Shown here piece after piece: positions 48,401 through 62,460 of a DNA stretch of 64,000 nt; the first letter of the stretch is position 1; each line of letters starts with the position of its first letter. The notes beneath the pieces are model-generated. The model ran no database searches. It was not told the DNA's origin and saw only the letters and a program-made list of their open reading frames with translations. The position numbers and the translations under genes were made by a program. The stretch covers positions 39,405-103,404 of the forward strand of contig RBZT01000667.1 in assembly GCA_003693705.1 (NCBI GenBank), in the 5' to 3' direction. This DNA is from Polymyxa betae A26-41. Taxonomy: Eukaryota > Protista > Endomyxa: Phytomyxea.

Positions 48401-51065
48401 CACGATATAACCAGAGCTGAACGGCACGTTCACGAATACGTTTATTCTCTAACGCATCGTTTAGGCTTGAGCGATTGGAGCTCGACACGGATGGATTGAT
48501 AGGAGTTGCGTTTTGTTTATCTCTGGTTGGGTTCACGGAAGACGATGTACTGGCATTTAATTTTTCTGATACAGCTAACACACTTCTCTCAGAATGATCG
48601 CTGCGTGATTCTGATACACTCAAGTCGCTGTGGGCCAGCGCAGACTGCTCTTCGAAATCGTCATCGTCGTCATCGGCGTTTTGGTAGATATCGTTGACAA
48701 CAGCAGCTTGCACGCTGCTTTGGAAGATTGGCTCGACAGGGAAATCACTCCTCTGGCTCGAATCGTCAGCTATGCCAGCAAGAAATGCAATTCTTGCGAT
48801 ATAGAAATAAAATGCTTCATCGCCATGAGCTTCTATTCGCTCCATTTTCACATGAGCAGATTTCTTGCTTCCATCATGTAAAGTTATAATAACTCGATTG
48901 CTTTGGTTTTGCAGAGAATCAAACTCGGGTAAAATGTCATCCAGTAAACCGCCGACGACACCACTGGGAATCCAGTTATTTACGGATTCCGAAACAGCAG
49001 TAATCACTCCGTCAGAACCAGCTACTATCAAGTTTACGGCTTCGTCATGGATAGGCTCAATAACTGCGACCAAAGATAAATGATCGCGATCGACGAATGA
49101 TTTCACATGAACAACACAGTCGATCAAATAACCTGTGTATAAACAGCAAGGGAACCTTCGGTTCGTATTTAGAACAGATCCTCGACCCGTCAGCAGGTTG
49201 CTCTGAATTACGTTGGTATGCTGAGAGCAGAATGGTTCAGGAACTATAATGCTGATGTTCTTGCCGATAATCCCAGAACCAAACAACAAGCGCATCTTCT
49301 CGTTGACAGAAAAGATTTCTCCTAAATTCTTCATTTCGCCACTACAGATAACAACGGCGTTCTCTTCATTGAACAAAATACTGGCGAAGGAATCGCCTGA
49401 CGGTTCTAATAGCTTTATGTCCTGAGCTTTTGACCGATGTAACTGGGCGCCTGTATAATCCTGCATCAAAACCTCTAGAAATCCAGCATAAGCATTCAAG
49501 GTCTTTGGCGATTGCGACCAAATTCGCAGCATGGCTTCGTAAGAACTTTTGGCGACTGTCATTTGAGAAGAAATCCGGTGAGAAGCATTTCGTAACTTAT
49601 CAGCGTTCGGGAGAGGCTGGCTTAATTCTCTCCACAACGTCAATAAAGATCGAACTAACTCAATATCGTTCTCCATTGCGCTTGAGCACAGCGAAGCATA
49701 CTGATTGTATGAAAGCACGTCGGCATTGTTGGATGATGATGATCTATATTGGCTGTTACAGTAGGAGGATTGCAGTCGCATGATCATAAACAAAAAATCA
49801 GGTCCTGATTCGACTTCGATCATTCGAGCCAAAATGGCATATGCTGGCACAAAACGTCAAAAACCGACAATAAACGGTCCAAAACATCCTCTACCTAGGA
49901 ACGGGTTGTTAAATATTGTCAAACGAAGATGGGCTGCTCGGAACATTAAGATAGCACTACTTGGAAAGCATTTTTCTGCTCTTTGTAAAATTAAATCGAT
50001 ACGGCGCAATCGTCCATCGTCTGGTAATTCCTCATCCAATGCATCCATCAGTTCAAACCGGAATTTAGCCTCGGCCAAATATGCATTTGGCAGTTGATCG
50101 TCCTGAGTATTGCGAACATACTTAATACGCACATGGACGATGAGATTAGAGAGCACTACAATCAACCAAAAAGCCCCATAAAGAATAAAAATTGCTCCAC
50201 CATCGCCAGGGTCATTCACAATGACACTGATGAATGCGGCTAAGAAGGCCCAACAGATTAATGCTAGCAGTGTGCAACGCATATGTGTCATCAGCACATG
50301 ATGATATGGAACGTATAGGAAGAAGACAATCGTGATAGATAGCGTCAAAGAAAATATGACAAAGGATACCAGAATAGCTGACAGATCGCTGGTCACTGTT
50401 AGCATCACAATAACGGCTGTACGATATGATAAATATAGAATTTCAAACCTGGAATGCGCTCGAGCCCAAGGAGACATGGATCCAAGATCATAATCGAAAA
50501 GAGTCGCCACACAAGTAAAAATTGTAGATATAAGGGAAACCGCATTCAAAAACCCAAGCAGCGACAGAATCAGAGATTGAGAGCCAGCCATCGAGAAGGC
50601 GATTCCTAAAAGTGGGAAATAGAAGACAGAGCTACATAGTGAAAGGATGAAGCGAATCGAGCGAATGAAATTAGTAGAGTTAGAGGCATGGTTGCATATT
50701 TGATAGCCCGTTAGAAATAGCAATACTGGCAAACTGGTCATAACGACAGATCCAATAGTGAAAGCATAATCCTGCCCAAAATAGGTGATTAAACAGTTCT
50801 GGTCAATCAATCGTGCTATGGCACGGATTGACACAGTATTCGTGGCGTTCCATGAAAACCGTGACGGATCGGCGGGCAAAGCCAGCGCCAACAGCTGACA
50901 GCACTCGACGACGGCAGAAACAATGGCGACCACCAGCGACGAATGACCATAATCTGCCAAAGTCAACAGCGAAAGCCGAAATAAGAATACGATTCGAGAG
51001 AGAGCATGAGACTTGGTAGCCTGCTGATGGAGTGTTGTGGGGCCAGTAGAAGACTGGTCTGGCAT
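45452..51065 (-). CDS. Large TmcB/TmcC-like membrane protein (N-terminal TMs, TPR-like region, PAS) with C-terminal TauE-like multi-TM domain; multi-exon
   Basis: N-terminal TM bundle (HSRFEILYL, YVPYHH), YEAMLRIWSQSPKTLNAYAGFL, PAS (GEIFSVNE..IIGKNISIIVPEPFCSQH), two TM-helical repeats ending LQIP/LLP, then IGSLLAG..GAIGGFISVLNGTGVG. Confidence 0.72.
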
Positions 51066-51257
51066 CCCATCGGCGACTGACGGCAAGTGGTACCACACCA
51101 AAGGTCTCACATGACCAACGCTACTCGTCACTTGAGCAACATGTATTTTCTCCACATTTTCATTATGACGCCTATACACCTATACGCTTTATAAAACATT
51201 TATGCGCTGAATTCCTTTCTCGCGTCTGTCATCAGATTGGTGGAAGCGGCGGCGTTG

Positions 51258-51889
51258 ATGGCGAGTCAAATGTCGCCTCGGTCGTCGACTATGGAAGACG
51301 TGATTCAACCTGCTACAAAGAAAGAGCCGCAATCGCCTCGTTTGGAGTCACAGCTGCCGTAATCGAACGTTATTCAGCCTCCTTCTCAGCTTATTCTAGA
51401 CAGGCCTAAGCCCAAGCAAGGTCGTCCGAAGCGAGTACATGACGATATCATGCCGCCAGAGCCTACTGGGCCTTGCGTTCTGGCTCTGACGAAAGTTAGA
51501 CGAATCGCGAAATCCGAAACCAATATTAGCATGCTGGGCGGTGATGCAGCGTATCTTCTAGCGAAATCAGCTGTACCGATTCCGTAAATGCTTTAAGGAA
51601 AATGATTGATGTTGATCGCAGGAGCTGTTTATTTGGCGTCTGGCTCAAGACGCTTTCTGTAAGGCTAAAGCAGAATCGCGAAAGACCCTGCAGTATAAAG
51701 ACTTAGGTGAGGAATTCTGTTGTTTACATTTCTTTAACTCAATGCCGTCCTACTTTAGCCGCTGCTGTAAAGGACCGACAAGCGTACGAGTTTTTATTAG
51801 ATGTGGTTCCTCCAACCACAACTCGAGACGAATATCTAAATTCGATGTATGCAATAGATCCCCCCAGGGTTGTTCCCAAACATAAATAA
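51258..51889 (+). CDS. H2A-like histone-fold protein (POLE4/CHRAC1/NF-YC family), multi-exon
   Basis: LALTKVRRIAKSE..DAAYLLAKSA-ELFIWRLA..RKTLQYKDL-AAAV..YEFLLDVVP. Confidence 0.82.
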
Positions 51890-52783
51890 ATGCGAACTCG
51901 TTTCTGCAGGTTTATAAGCCTCAATGCAGGAGCTACATTGCAATGAGAAACTTGTAGGAAATTTTTGTTGGCTTTGGAATTCCACGCGGTGCAGCGAACA
52001 CAAATAAAAACGTTCGTTGTTCTTTCCAATGTTCTCTGTATTGGGCCTCGCTTGTTGATGTTCGATCATGACGTTATCTGCATTGCACGACAATAACTTC
52101 TACCGCATATAACCACATAGAGTAGAGCAGCACTTTCCACGGCTTCCTCTTACTCAGTCGTCTAGTCAGCCCTTTCTACGCCAACTACGAATTCCACCCT
52201 CGTTTCGACTTTCATAGGAATACAGAAGTCCAGCCCTAGTGCAAAATCTTTCGCAGAAAATACGTTACTGAACGTGATCGAGCAAGTAGGACGGCGCCAC
52301 GATGTGAACCGACACCCATTCATCACGAATATAATCACGTTCCGACCCCGACTTCAATAGCAATATAATCAGAGCAGGACAGCGACTCAGCACGACGACG
52401 GGCTCCATGATTTTGCTATTGGATAATCGAATTAAAGCTTCAAAAAGATCCTTATATTGGCTCCAGAAACAAATCAACATGAAAAATACACTTTCTGTAT
52501 ATACCTCTAATCGTTTTTATGGCACTTCTCTTGTATCTCCCTCAGATAACTATCTGTTGACGGACCACATGTTTGCCAAGCAGCAAATAGGCAAAGCAGG
52601 CCCTCATGATCGGGACTCTTCATTGCCTGTATTAAACTGATCAGGCAGGCAGTAGAGATCAAAGAAAGTTGAACTTGAAAGCATTTGTGAGTGTATTGAT
52701 TGGTATAAGAGTAAATAGGGTAATATTATATTGGTACAGCCATTGGTCCATTATACGGTGCCGGATCAAATGTTACAACTCTA

Positions 52784-53104
52784 ATGGTGTATATCTCTCA
52801 AGGTCCATCAGTTTCTGAATACATTGGATGATCCTGACGTCCCATAGGTCGTGTGGTCGAGAGTCGTCCGGTCCCAGTATCGGAGCGTCTATGGGACGTC
52901 GTGAATGGCATCGGGCTGTTCTTCAGGACGCTGATCGACCCAAGCGCTGCAGACGCGGTTACCCGTAGTTCAAATCCGACAGCGCCTCAAGGTTTCGGAG
53001 GTGGAGGATTTCGTTCTGGAAGAAGCGATGGACCCAATATTCATGGCATTGGTCGTACTTCTACAGGAGGTTTCGGTACCTGCTCAGGTGGTTCCTGTGG
53101 TTAA
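52784..53104 (+). CDS. Selenoprotein K/SelG family, Cys-containing homologue, 2 exons
   Basis: MVYISQG / RVVESR..LWDVVNGIGLFFRTLIDP, Gly-rich linker, C-terminal CSGGSCG* (TGT Cys codon, not TGA). Confidence 0.8.
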
Positions 53105-53143
53105 AGCTAGTAGTAATGATATGCAATCTATTTTACTATGCTG

Positions 53144-54337
53144 CTAAATTATTTGCTGAGGTAGATTTGATGGTTCTTCTCTGCAGAAATCTTTGTGAAG
53201 AATATTTCGTACTCTTTCAGAATGCTGCATCGCTGTATACGCCTCAGGGATCCAAGCCTCGATCTTATTTTGAATCGCTGATCGCACCGTTTCCAGTACA
53301 GCATTGGCTTCATCGACATTGATTGCATATGCATATGGTGGTCCGATCTTCATCATAAAATCATGCTGACTTCGAATCGGATGGGCCGGCAGATCAGTTA
53401 GCGAGCGTGGCTGGGCGTACTTCGCAAAGATATAGGGACTGCCAGCTGCAATTGCTTCGAATGCTGTCGGCGCTAGGACGGGATCGCCGAATCCAATCAC
53501 CGCCGATGATCTGACAAGAATCCGTTGCCATTCGGTTGAATTACAAATTCCGACGTTAACGACGCTTGTTGGGAACTGCAGCCCATCGAGCTGTGCAGAA
53601 GGAACCGTCGCCACGACTTTATACGATTCGGTCAGAGCAGCGATAACGCTTAGATGATTTCGAAAATATCGCCCGAGTTTCCCATGCAGCAGAATGATCG
53701 GACGGTCTGAGTCATCATCGTTAGTCGAAGTGATCAGATCCTGACGGAAACCAAGAAACTCATTCCAAGGATTTGGATAGGAGACCAGGAATTGCTCTAG
53801 TCGCAGATGGATGTGGTTCTGTTCAGGCGGTGTGCCCCAGAAATCGATAAACCTGAGCTTACAGGCTATTGCCGGATTGGTTGCATCGGGTATAACAGAA
53901 ATCAGAGATGCCAAACGATACTGATCGGACACAATCAAGTCGGCAGCTCGAAGCGATGCCTCGCTAGAATCGTCAACGGCCGTCATCACTTGCATTTGAA
54001 CGTCGGAACAAGACCGGGCGGCGTTAATGAAAGATCTAAACAGGCGAATTTCGCCACCAGCGCCTCCTTGATTCATGCGATTAACTTCAGCCTCGAAACC
54101 ATCCATGAAAAACACCACGTTGGTGGGTTTTATGATGGGATCACTCCTAGTTGCCAATGTTGAACCTGCACGCATGACATGGCGGAAGTCTCGAACTTCG
54201 AACTCGTCGTTAAGCCAACGAAATAAGACGGAGCCCGAGACGAAGCTGAAGAACGCAGCCAAGCCGAACAAGACACGAAATCGGATATCAGCTTGCTGAC
54301 AAGGACCACGATAGGAACCTGTGCCTGTGCTCTTCAT
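53144..54337 (-). CDS. Glycosyltransferase family 18 (GnT-V/MGAT5-like)
   Basis: Type II TM anchor; GGEI, ADLIVSDQY, CKLRFIDFWGTPPE, VIGFGDP..PTAFEAIAAG, RSQHDF..IGPPYAY match the MGAT5 catalytic region. Confidence 0.75.
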   Translation of the reverse strand: MKSTGTGSYRGPCQQADIRFRVLFGLAAFFSFVSGSVLFRWLNDEFEVRDFRHVMRAGSTLATRSDPIIKPTNVVFFMDGFEAEVNRMNQGGAGGEIRLFRSFINAARSCSDVQMQVMTAVDDSSEASLRAADLIVSDQYRLASLISVIPDATNPAIACKLRFIDFWGTPPEQNHIHLRLEQFLVSYPNPWNEFLGFRQDLITSTNDDDSDRPIILLHGKLGRYFRNHLSVIAALTESYKVVATVPSAQLDGLQFPTSVVNVGICNSTEWQRILVRSSAVIGFGDPVLAPTAFEAIAAGSPYIFAKYAQPRSLTDLPAHPIRSQHDFMMKIGPPYAYAINVDEANAVLETVRSAIQNKIEAWIPEAYTAMQHSERVRNILHKDFCREEPSNLPQQII

Positions 54338-56417
54338 AGAGCCCGTCAACAAATGCCCAATCAGTCGTTGTAGGATATTGGCCCTTCACCTAAATCATAG
54401 TAATACGGATGGTGTTCTTATCCAAGTGAAAGTTTGATAGTATTTTCGTTGCAATTCATTTCGATTTTTCTTCGCTTCAGCAAGATTGTCGAACGATATA
54501 TCGAACTATAATGTCGGTTTTTTGATATTCAACAGATAATGGATTCATTTTAAACTGACTTTGAATCCCGAGTTTGCTTTGTTGTTCAGCAGGATTCAGT
54601 CTCAACAATAGAGATATCACCATCAGAGTAATTTCCGACAAAGAAACTGCTGGAACGACCGATCTATGACAGATTGCGAAGTTTGAAACTAGAAGAACCA
54701 GCTCGAAATTCTCTAAAATATCTTGACGGTCTAATCACTAATGTAATGTAATCTGGCGCAGCCAACGGTATTAATATTCTTGATAAATAATTGTTTCCTT
54801 CGATCGAATTGTAAACGTCTGTACTGCAAGGGGATAGCGGACGACGAGAACGTAGTCACATGATGAGAACGTATAACCACATGATATTAAAACGCCAGGC
54901 CCTCAGTCCAAGCATTTGTACATTATGAAAGACGTTCTCAATCGAGGCGAACAAATATCACACATCCTGAATGTGGAGGTATCTGGTGAGCCGAGTAACA
55001 CGATTGGAGGCGAGATTCGCAGGTTTTTTCATTCATCGATCAATGCCATACCTCACACGTTCATCGTCGATGGTCATCCAGCAGTCACAATCACTTGGTC
55101 GATGCCTGGTGTGAATACGTCGCAATACTACTACACCGATAGCATCTAAAGTGACTGAATCTCTGTAGCACACGCCAAATTAATGCTAAAAGGACTAGTT
55201 AATCACGTCAAGGCTCATCCGAATTTCGAGCGACTTCGAAACCAGCAAGAATATGACAATCAATGGGGTGTCACTTACCTAGTCACGATGCCTCTTCCAT
55301 ACGGTTTCGACCCTAATTCCGCTGGAGCTCTTTGGTGAAACTGACGATCTCAAGTTTCCAAATGTATCTATATATCTGTTTTTGTTGAAACACAAACTCA
55401 AATAAATTTCAAGCATACACTAAACCACTTCTCTCTTCCAATCCCAACTCGACCATCACTAGTAATAGTCATTAGCTGGACATATACTTGGTCATCATAT
55501 TCGTCTGCTATATAAGAAAAGATCGTCATCTTATTTCAGGAGCTACATAAATAACATAATCCACTCGTTGCTGTCATTCGTCATAAAGTTGAGAAAAGTT
55601 TTCGCGACATTAGGGGAGCATTCGTTCCGGTTCATCGATTCTATATACACTGCGTTGTCGCTGCTGGTATCTCTATGTGGATGTTTATCTACAACAAATA
55701 TAACGAGCACCGAGACGTTCGCCAAGACTTGCGATGAGAAACTCCATAGCGTTCGTCAAAGAATTTGCTAGTGGGGAGATACCCACGAGTCATCTTAGAG
55801 ATTGTAACGATCTTTAATCGCAACAGCTTAATTATTGCCGGAATATAATAATGATGAAAGGATACGTAGAATCAAAGAAGGAAGACATGAAGATTGGGCC
55901 TTGAATACATGAACGTGGTCAACATTCAACGTCATCAATGCCTTTTATCCCATTGATGGCATTGATTGCATCCGCACCTATAAAATCAACAACCATAAAA
56001 TCTACCGATTGGTCTATCATACACAAATGAACTCCTTTCATCCAATGTCCTCTCCTTCCGATATTGCTGAATCACCAAAGCAATCAGTACTGGAAAAATG
56101 ATGAAATTTTCAGTCACATCGTCACGTTTGATAATTTCCGAATTGAAATCCAAAACTGAGAGAGTGAGTTACGAGATTGATTTGGCAGGAGGGTCAATTT
56201 TGAAATGGCAATTACAAAATCGACATCCAAGTGAGATTATGCCATGTTTTTTTGTATGGGTGGCCTCGTTCCCAGAAAGAAATATCCAGCAACAGGAAAC
56301 CGTTATCTCAAATTGTCAAATGTATCCGATGATTAAGACAGAATGGTTACAGAGATCTGAAACTGTGTATTAAAATATAGTAGGTAGGAGGGGTCGTGTT
56401 AATGACAGCAATGACAT

Positions 56418-58106
56418 TTAACTCGATTTGGATTTCTTCTCTTTCTTCACGCTCTTGTCCTTCTTTTCTTTCTTCTCGGCCTTGACTTTTTTCGCTTTCT
56501 TAGAGCTGGTTTCTGCTACAACAGCGTCCTCCTCTTTGCTCTTCTCCGAATTCTTCTTCTTTTCAGTTTTCTTGTTTGATTTTTTGGTCTTGGCTTCAGG
56601 CTCGACCTCGTCGTCCTTTTCCGGCTTCTCTTCGGAGTCAGCTTTTTTCGATTTCTTTTCCGTCTTCTTTTTGTTCTTCTTCTCCTGAATAACCTCAGCG
56701 GTGGTATCAGCTTTGGACCTCTTTTTCTTTGGCGACTCATCCTCATCATCGGCCTTCCTCTTCTTCGGTAGGTCGTCTTCAATCTCCATCGCTTGCTGCG
56801 AAGTCTGCAGCGACTCGGCCACCTCCCTCATTACATCAATATTCTTTCGAGGAGTGGTTCCAGTCGAATAGAACGACAGTCGCTCTTCAACTTGCTGCTT
56901 CAACGTCAGTCCATAAACATCGGTGGGCACCTCCGAGAACGAATCAATACGTGAGGCAATCGAGCATTTGTTGGCAAGATATCTGCTGATACGGCCCTTG
57001 TTTTTGGGGGCTGCTTGGCCGATGAAAGATGAATTGAAGATCAGGCCGTATTTGGGCGTGTTGCCGCGAGTTTTCAGCGCCCGGAACAGCGCCTTTTCAG
57101 CACCCAGAATTTGAACAGTTGAGGCAGGATATTTAGCCAGGTTCGTCAACGATCCAGCATGGCTGATGAGACGGGCACCGACAGCATCGCCGATCAAGGC
57201 GGACAGATTTGGAGCGCACGATGCCATCTTGTCATGCAGGTACGACGCCATCTGGGTCCTGTACGCCGACAGCGAGATGACCTGCTTGGCGAAACGGCTG
57301 ATCTGGTCCAGGTCAATGGCGCTGATATCAGTGCCCATAGAGGTACGGCCGGCGTCGATGATGTTCTGGGCCGAGGCGCCGTCTTGGGTGATATCAGTGA
57401 GTTCGGCGAGCAGCTCAGCGTTTTCAGAGGCATCCGACGAGATTCGGCTACGGTCGCCGAGCGCCAAAGCGATGCGAGCAAAGACGGTGTTGTCATTGGT
57501 GAGCTTGACCAGCTCGGGGAAATGCCAGCCGTACCATTCCTTAACACGCATACTGAACGTGTTGAGATCTTTGTCAAGCTGGTCGACGATCGCGATAGAT
57601 TGTATAACCATGTTGTCAACACGGTTGACGTTGAACTTGACTTTCGAACGCGAATACGAATGAGCCAGACCCAGCTGAGCTTGGGCGATATCGGATCGGG
57701 CCATGCCCTTGACGAAGTGCAAGAAATGCAGACGAAGGCCACGAACCAGTTCGGCGATACGCGAAGAGCATTCACATGAGATTTTCAGTTCATCCTGTAT
57801 AGCACCGCCCAGACGTGCTTCTTGAACGCCCAGAATTAACTTCGACTTCGATTTAACAGAAGGGACATTCTGTTCCAGGAAGGATTGCAAGAATGGTGAC
57901 AGAATCCCGTCGGTTATAGCGTTCATGTTCTCCAAGGCGACCTCGGCGGACGGGAATGGGGCGAACGCCTTCAACGTCATCATAGTGGAGAAACGGCCAA
58001 GGTCGGTGATCGAGGCCTGAATCTCTTTGACCGCGATATCATCACGAGCCTGAGACTCGAACAGGCTCAGACCGGCGGCGCTCTCATACAGGACGAACAG
58101 CGACAT
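56418..58106 (-). CDS. NOP56: Nucleolar protein 56 (box C/D snoRNP)
   Basis: LGLAHSYSRSKVKFNVNRVDNM, WYGWHFPEL, LAKYPASTVQILGAEKALFRALK, NKCSIASRID; KKE-rich tail. Confidence 0.96.
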   Translation of the reverse strand: MSLFVLYESAAGLSLFESQARDDIAVKEIQASITDLGRFSTMMTLKAFAPFPSAEVALENMNAITDGILSPFLQSFLEQNVPSVKSKSKLILGVQEARLGGAIQDELKISCECSSRIAELVRGLRLHFLHFVKGMARSDIAQAQLGLAHSYSRSKVKFNVNRVDNMVIQSIAIVDQLDKDLNTFSMRVKEWYGWHFPELVKLTNDNTVFARIALALGDRSRISSDASENAELLAELTDITQDGASAQNIIDAGRTSMGTDISAIDLDQISRFAKQVISLSAYRTQMASYLHDKMASCAPNLSALIGDAVGARLISHAGSLTNLAKYPASTVQILGAEKALFRALKTRGNTPKYGLIFNSSFIGQAAPKNKGRISRYLANKCSIASRIDSFSEVPTDVYGLTLKQQVEERLSFYSTGTTPRKNIDVMREVAESLQTSQQAMEIEDDLPKKRKADDEDESPKKKRSKADTTAEVIQEKKNKKKTEKKSKKADSEEKPEKDDEVEPEAKTKKSNKKTEKKKNSEKSKEEDAVVAETSSKKAKKVKAEKKEKKDKSVKKEKKSKSS

Positions 58107-58667
58107 GGCCGGGGTTTCTTCTCTTAGGAGAAAAACGGCAGCGTCGGAAAAATGAAGTCTGGGATCAAGAACTAGAGGGATTCCAGTCCGCCACGGAGTC
58201 CGTCGCGCAGTCCTATCTATTTTCTCTCAAATTTCCAAAACACCTTTCTGAAAGTGATTGATGGCTCGATTTTAAAGTGTTTTCAAAATCTTCCAATCCG
58301 GCCGTTCTCTTTCTTGCGAATTTACATCATCACTTCCCTTTAATCGTTACCAGATGGAGTCATCTTTGGTGCTTCTTATCAGTGTGACCTACCGAGTAAT
58401 TCCAGTTGATCAGTTGCTATTAGATCTGATAGTGTCTTTCCTGTTGCGAATATTTGAAATTGTCTGTCATGTCGCAATAATGGCTCATGATCCATAATAT
58501 CAATTGTTCTGGTATTAGCTCTGGATTGCCGAAGACCATGTTCGTCTTACTTTGGCATTGTATTTTAAATACGTATTAGGTGAGTTGGCTTCTCTCGTAA
58601 AAAAGAACTGCTCTGTCAAAATGCATGCCAATGTGTAAATGCAAAACGAAAATCTCAAAGAGAGAGA

Positions 58668-58741
58668 TGTCCCCGACGGGATTCGAACCCGTGACTTTCG
58701 GCTCATAAGACCAACACTCTAACCGGCTGAGTTACGGGGAC
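58668..58741 (-). tRNA. tRNA-Ile (anticodon UAU), intronless
   Basis: Reverse strand GTCCCCGTAACTCAGCCGGTTAGAGTGTTGGTCTTATGAGCCGAAAGTCACGGGTTCGAATCCCGTCGGGGACA folds as a cloverleaf with TAT anticodon and GTTCGAA T-loop. Confidence 0.93.
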
Positions 58742-59207
58742 ACGCGCTGATCCATTAATGAGTCTAGATGTATTTGGTGTATTTGTTGCCAAGTTCGTGC
58801 TTGGATGTTTCCTGCAAAGAGTAAAACATTATTTCCATTCAGCCAAAGTCGTCAGTCGAGTGATATAACAGCATAATCATGTTGCCGTTCTTTGTCAATT
58901 GTTTCCTCAGACTGCAACAAGATCTTCACACTTGTGATCTGCATTTCTATGTTCTTTGGTTATAGCCTATAGGTCTTCATTTGTCTCATCGCAGCTTACA
59001 TACCAGCATAGCGGCATATCAAGCTGAGTCAGTTAAACATCGCAAAATGCTGGCAATAATCGCATCCATCAATCTTCAATAATCTGATGAGAAGGAGCTT
59101 TCTACCGTAGTGATCCTCTGATGCGATCATGCTCGGATTTATGATTTAATAGATAGATATAAATTAAAGATAGATATCACAAATTGATATACAACGCGAC
59201 TGGTTAT

Positions 59208-60316
<1,109 letters not shown>

Positions 60317-60516
60317 GATTGCATACTTCTAAGCAAACTTCATCTATTGTCGTTACCGAGATTATATATTTACCATATTTATAAAGTACTAAGTTTTATC
60401 ATTCTTGCGGTTGATAATGTTGTCAAAATCGTAACTTTTTTCTGACTTCTTTCAATTTGTATGCACAAAATCAGCAGTTAAACATTGTTTCAAACAAAAC
60501 TTCAACTGCACAACAA

Positions 60517-62460
60517 TCACCGGCTTGGAAGTGCCCGAAGGATATAAAGCAATATTGCCTGACGCCTAGCCTCCATAATAAGCAGAGAGACGTGAACAAT
60601 CTCGTCTGGTCTCAGATTGTATCCTATCCCATCAAAAATCTCTTTTGTTAGACGATGGGCATCACAGCAGGACTTCTTAATATACAGCTTGATCGACCTG
60701 TTTAGAAAAACGTTGACTTCTTGATAGTTATAAGCATCATTCGAAACTCCAAACAAGCTAAAGAAGCCTTAGTTTCGATACTAATCCAAGCACCATATGG
60801 TAACATTACCGAAAAGTATAATGCCAAATAGCACGACGGAACGGGCCTGTATCAACCTCACTACCGCTGAAAGTTCGGTCAGTCATACTGTAAATATGAT
60901 CGAATTCTTCGTCAAGAAGAAGAGCACCCTGCTCGTGCCAATAACGTGACAGTAAAGAATAACCTTGACCTTTAAAATCAAAGTCGCTCATGTGAAACAG
61001 CTGATCAATTGTCAAACCATTAAATGGTAATTGTCCATCAAACCTACTTTATAGTCTTTTGACCGAACATTGAAATCTTCATACTGCAAATTCGTGGCAA
61101 CATCTCCCACATAATGTTCAAATAACAAATCAAGTGTATCATCGCTTGGACCAACAAGATCGTCAGACATCGAAACGTCGGAATCCGAATCTAATTGTCA
61201 AAATGGGGCGTTAGTACGATATAGTGTACAGCAGATCTCGAAACAATCATTACATATACAACTAGAAGCTTCCGAGAGTAATTCATCCAAAGATGTTCGC
61301 AGAAGTTTCGTCAGATTGTTGGTGTCGTCCTGAATTGGCCGCGTATCATTGATCGCCTAGACCAATGTATAAACACCAAAATGCTCGAACAGATTGCAAT
61401 GAACTACGTCATGTTTGATATCAGAGAGCAGTCCAACGCCAAAACAGAAACCGGAAAGGCTCTGGAATGTAGCTAACACTACAATGGCATGGACGAGCTC
61501 CGACATATTAGCATCTCCCGAAAGAATTTCTGAAACCATCTCCGTAGTGATTTTCCAAGGCTAGCGAAAGGTTCATGATCAATAAATGCTACCAACGACA
61601 CCATACCTGATGGGTCATATAAGCATTCAGCAAAAGAAACTGTCGAATTTTGCTGGGAGCCGTATGAGGATGAGAAAGCCATTCAGGAGGACCCCCATTC
61701 AAGAGAAATTCCGATTCCTGCCAGCATTTAAGACAAACCAACATTAGCGAACTATATATGAGACCTGAGACTTTACAATGTATCGGCATCTCTGTCTCGC
61801 ACCTGCTATGATGGCGAGATAGTTTCGCTCATAGACAAGTAATGGACCCTCGCCATACATCAAAGCATCGTAGCTTCTGAAGAATGATAAGGCGAACTCT
61901 GTGTAGGACAATCAGTTGAAAGTGAACAACCATAAACGTCTTAGAATTTTTGTGAGAGGCCAACCTGGCAACAGAGCGATTATCTGATCTAAAGGGCGAA
62001 CGCGACCCTGAATACCCCAGAATTAGAGCAGATTATTGTCACCTGAATACAAGCATGGCGTACCAGATGGAGAAAAGATTCCTGACAGAAGTCCAATAAG
62101 GGACCACCTTTGATATTTGACATTTGTGGAATAGATTGCACAGGCAAAAACGCTGAGATTGGGCGTGAGGAACATGGAATTTCCAGCTCTTTGCAAAGCG
62201 AAGTAAATATTTGCCTAATATCTTCGAAGGGGCATTCACTGGCAAGCCTCTAGGAGCAGTTTAATGGAAGCCACACCGTTTTAATTGCATACTTGAATAG
62301 TAGAAATTATTCGAATTTCTCCCTCACCGTTACAAAATTGTTGTTGAAGCTTGGTCACGATCCTTTTGGCTGAATTGCAACGCTCAGAACGATCGCGTGT
62401 GAGTAATTCCTTCAAAAATGCAGGATCTCTATAGCCGAATCGCCGCGCCGTCAGCGGCAT
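60517..62460 (-). CDS. SESN: Sestrin family protein, multi-exon
   Basis: MYGEGPLLVYERNYLAIIA, ESEFLLNGGPPEWL, ELVHAIVVLATFQSLSGFCFGVG, FRRAIWHY, YQEVNVFL, EIVHVSLLIMEARRQAILLYILRA. Confidence 0.88.

Noticed and set aside
54400-56400. Possible gene or mobile-element remnants between GT18 and NOP56
   Set aside because: Only short broken ORFs with no motif I could identify.
56428-57779. Long antisense ORFs over NOP56
   Set aside because: Shadows of a codon-biased, low-complexity coding strand.
60317-60420. Metazoan-type histone 3' stem-loop after H4 (and H3)
   Set aside because: No GGYYYTTYHARRRCC-like hairpin is visible downstream of either gene.
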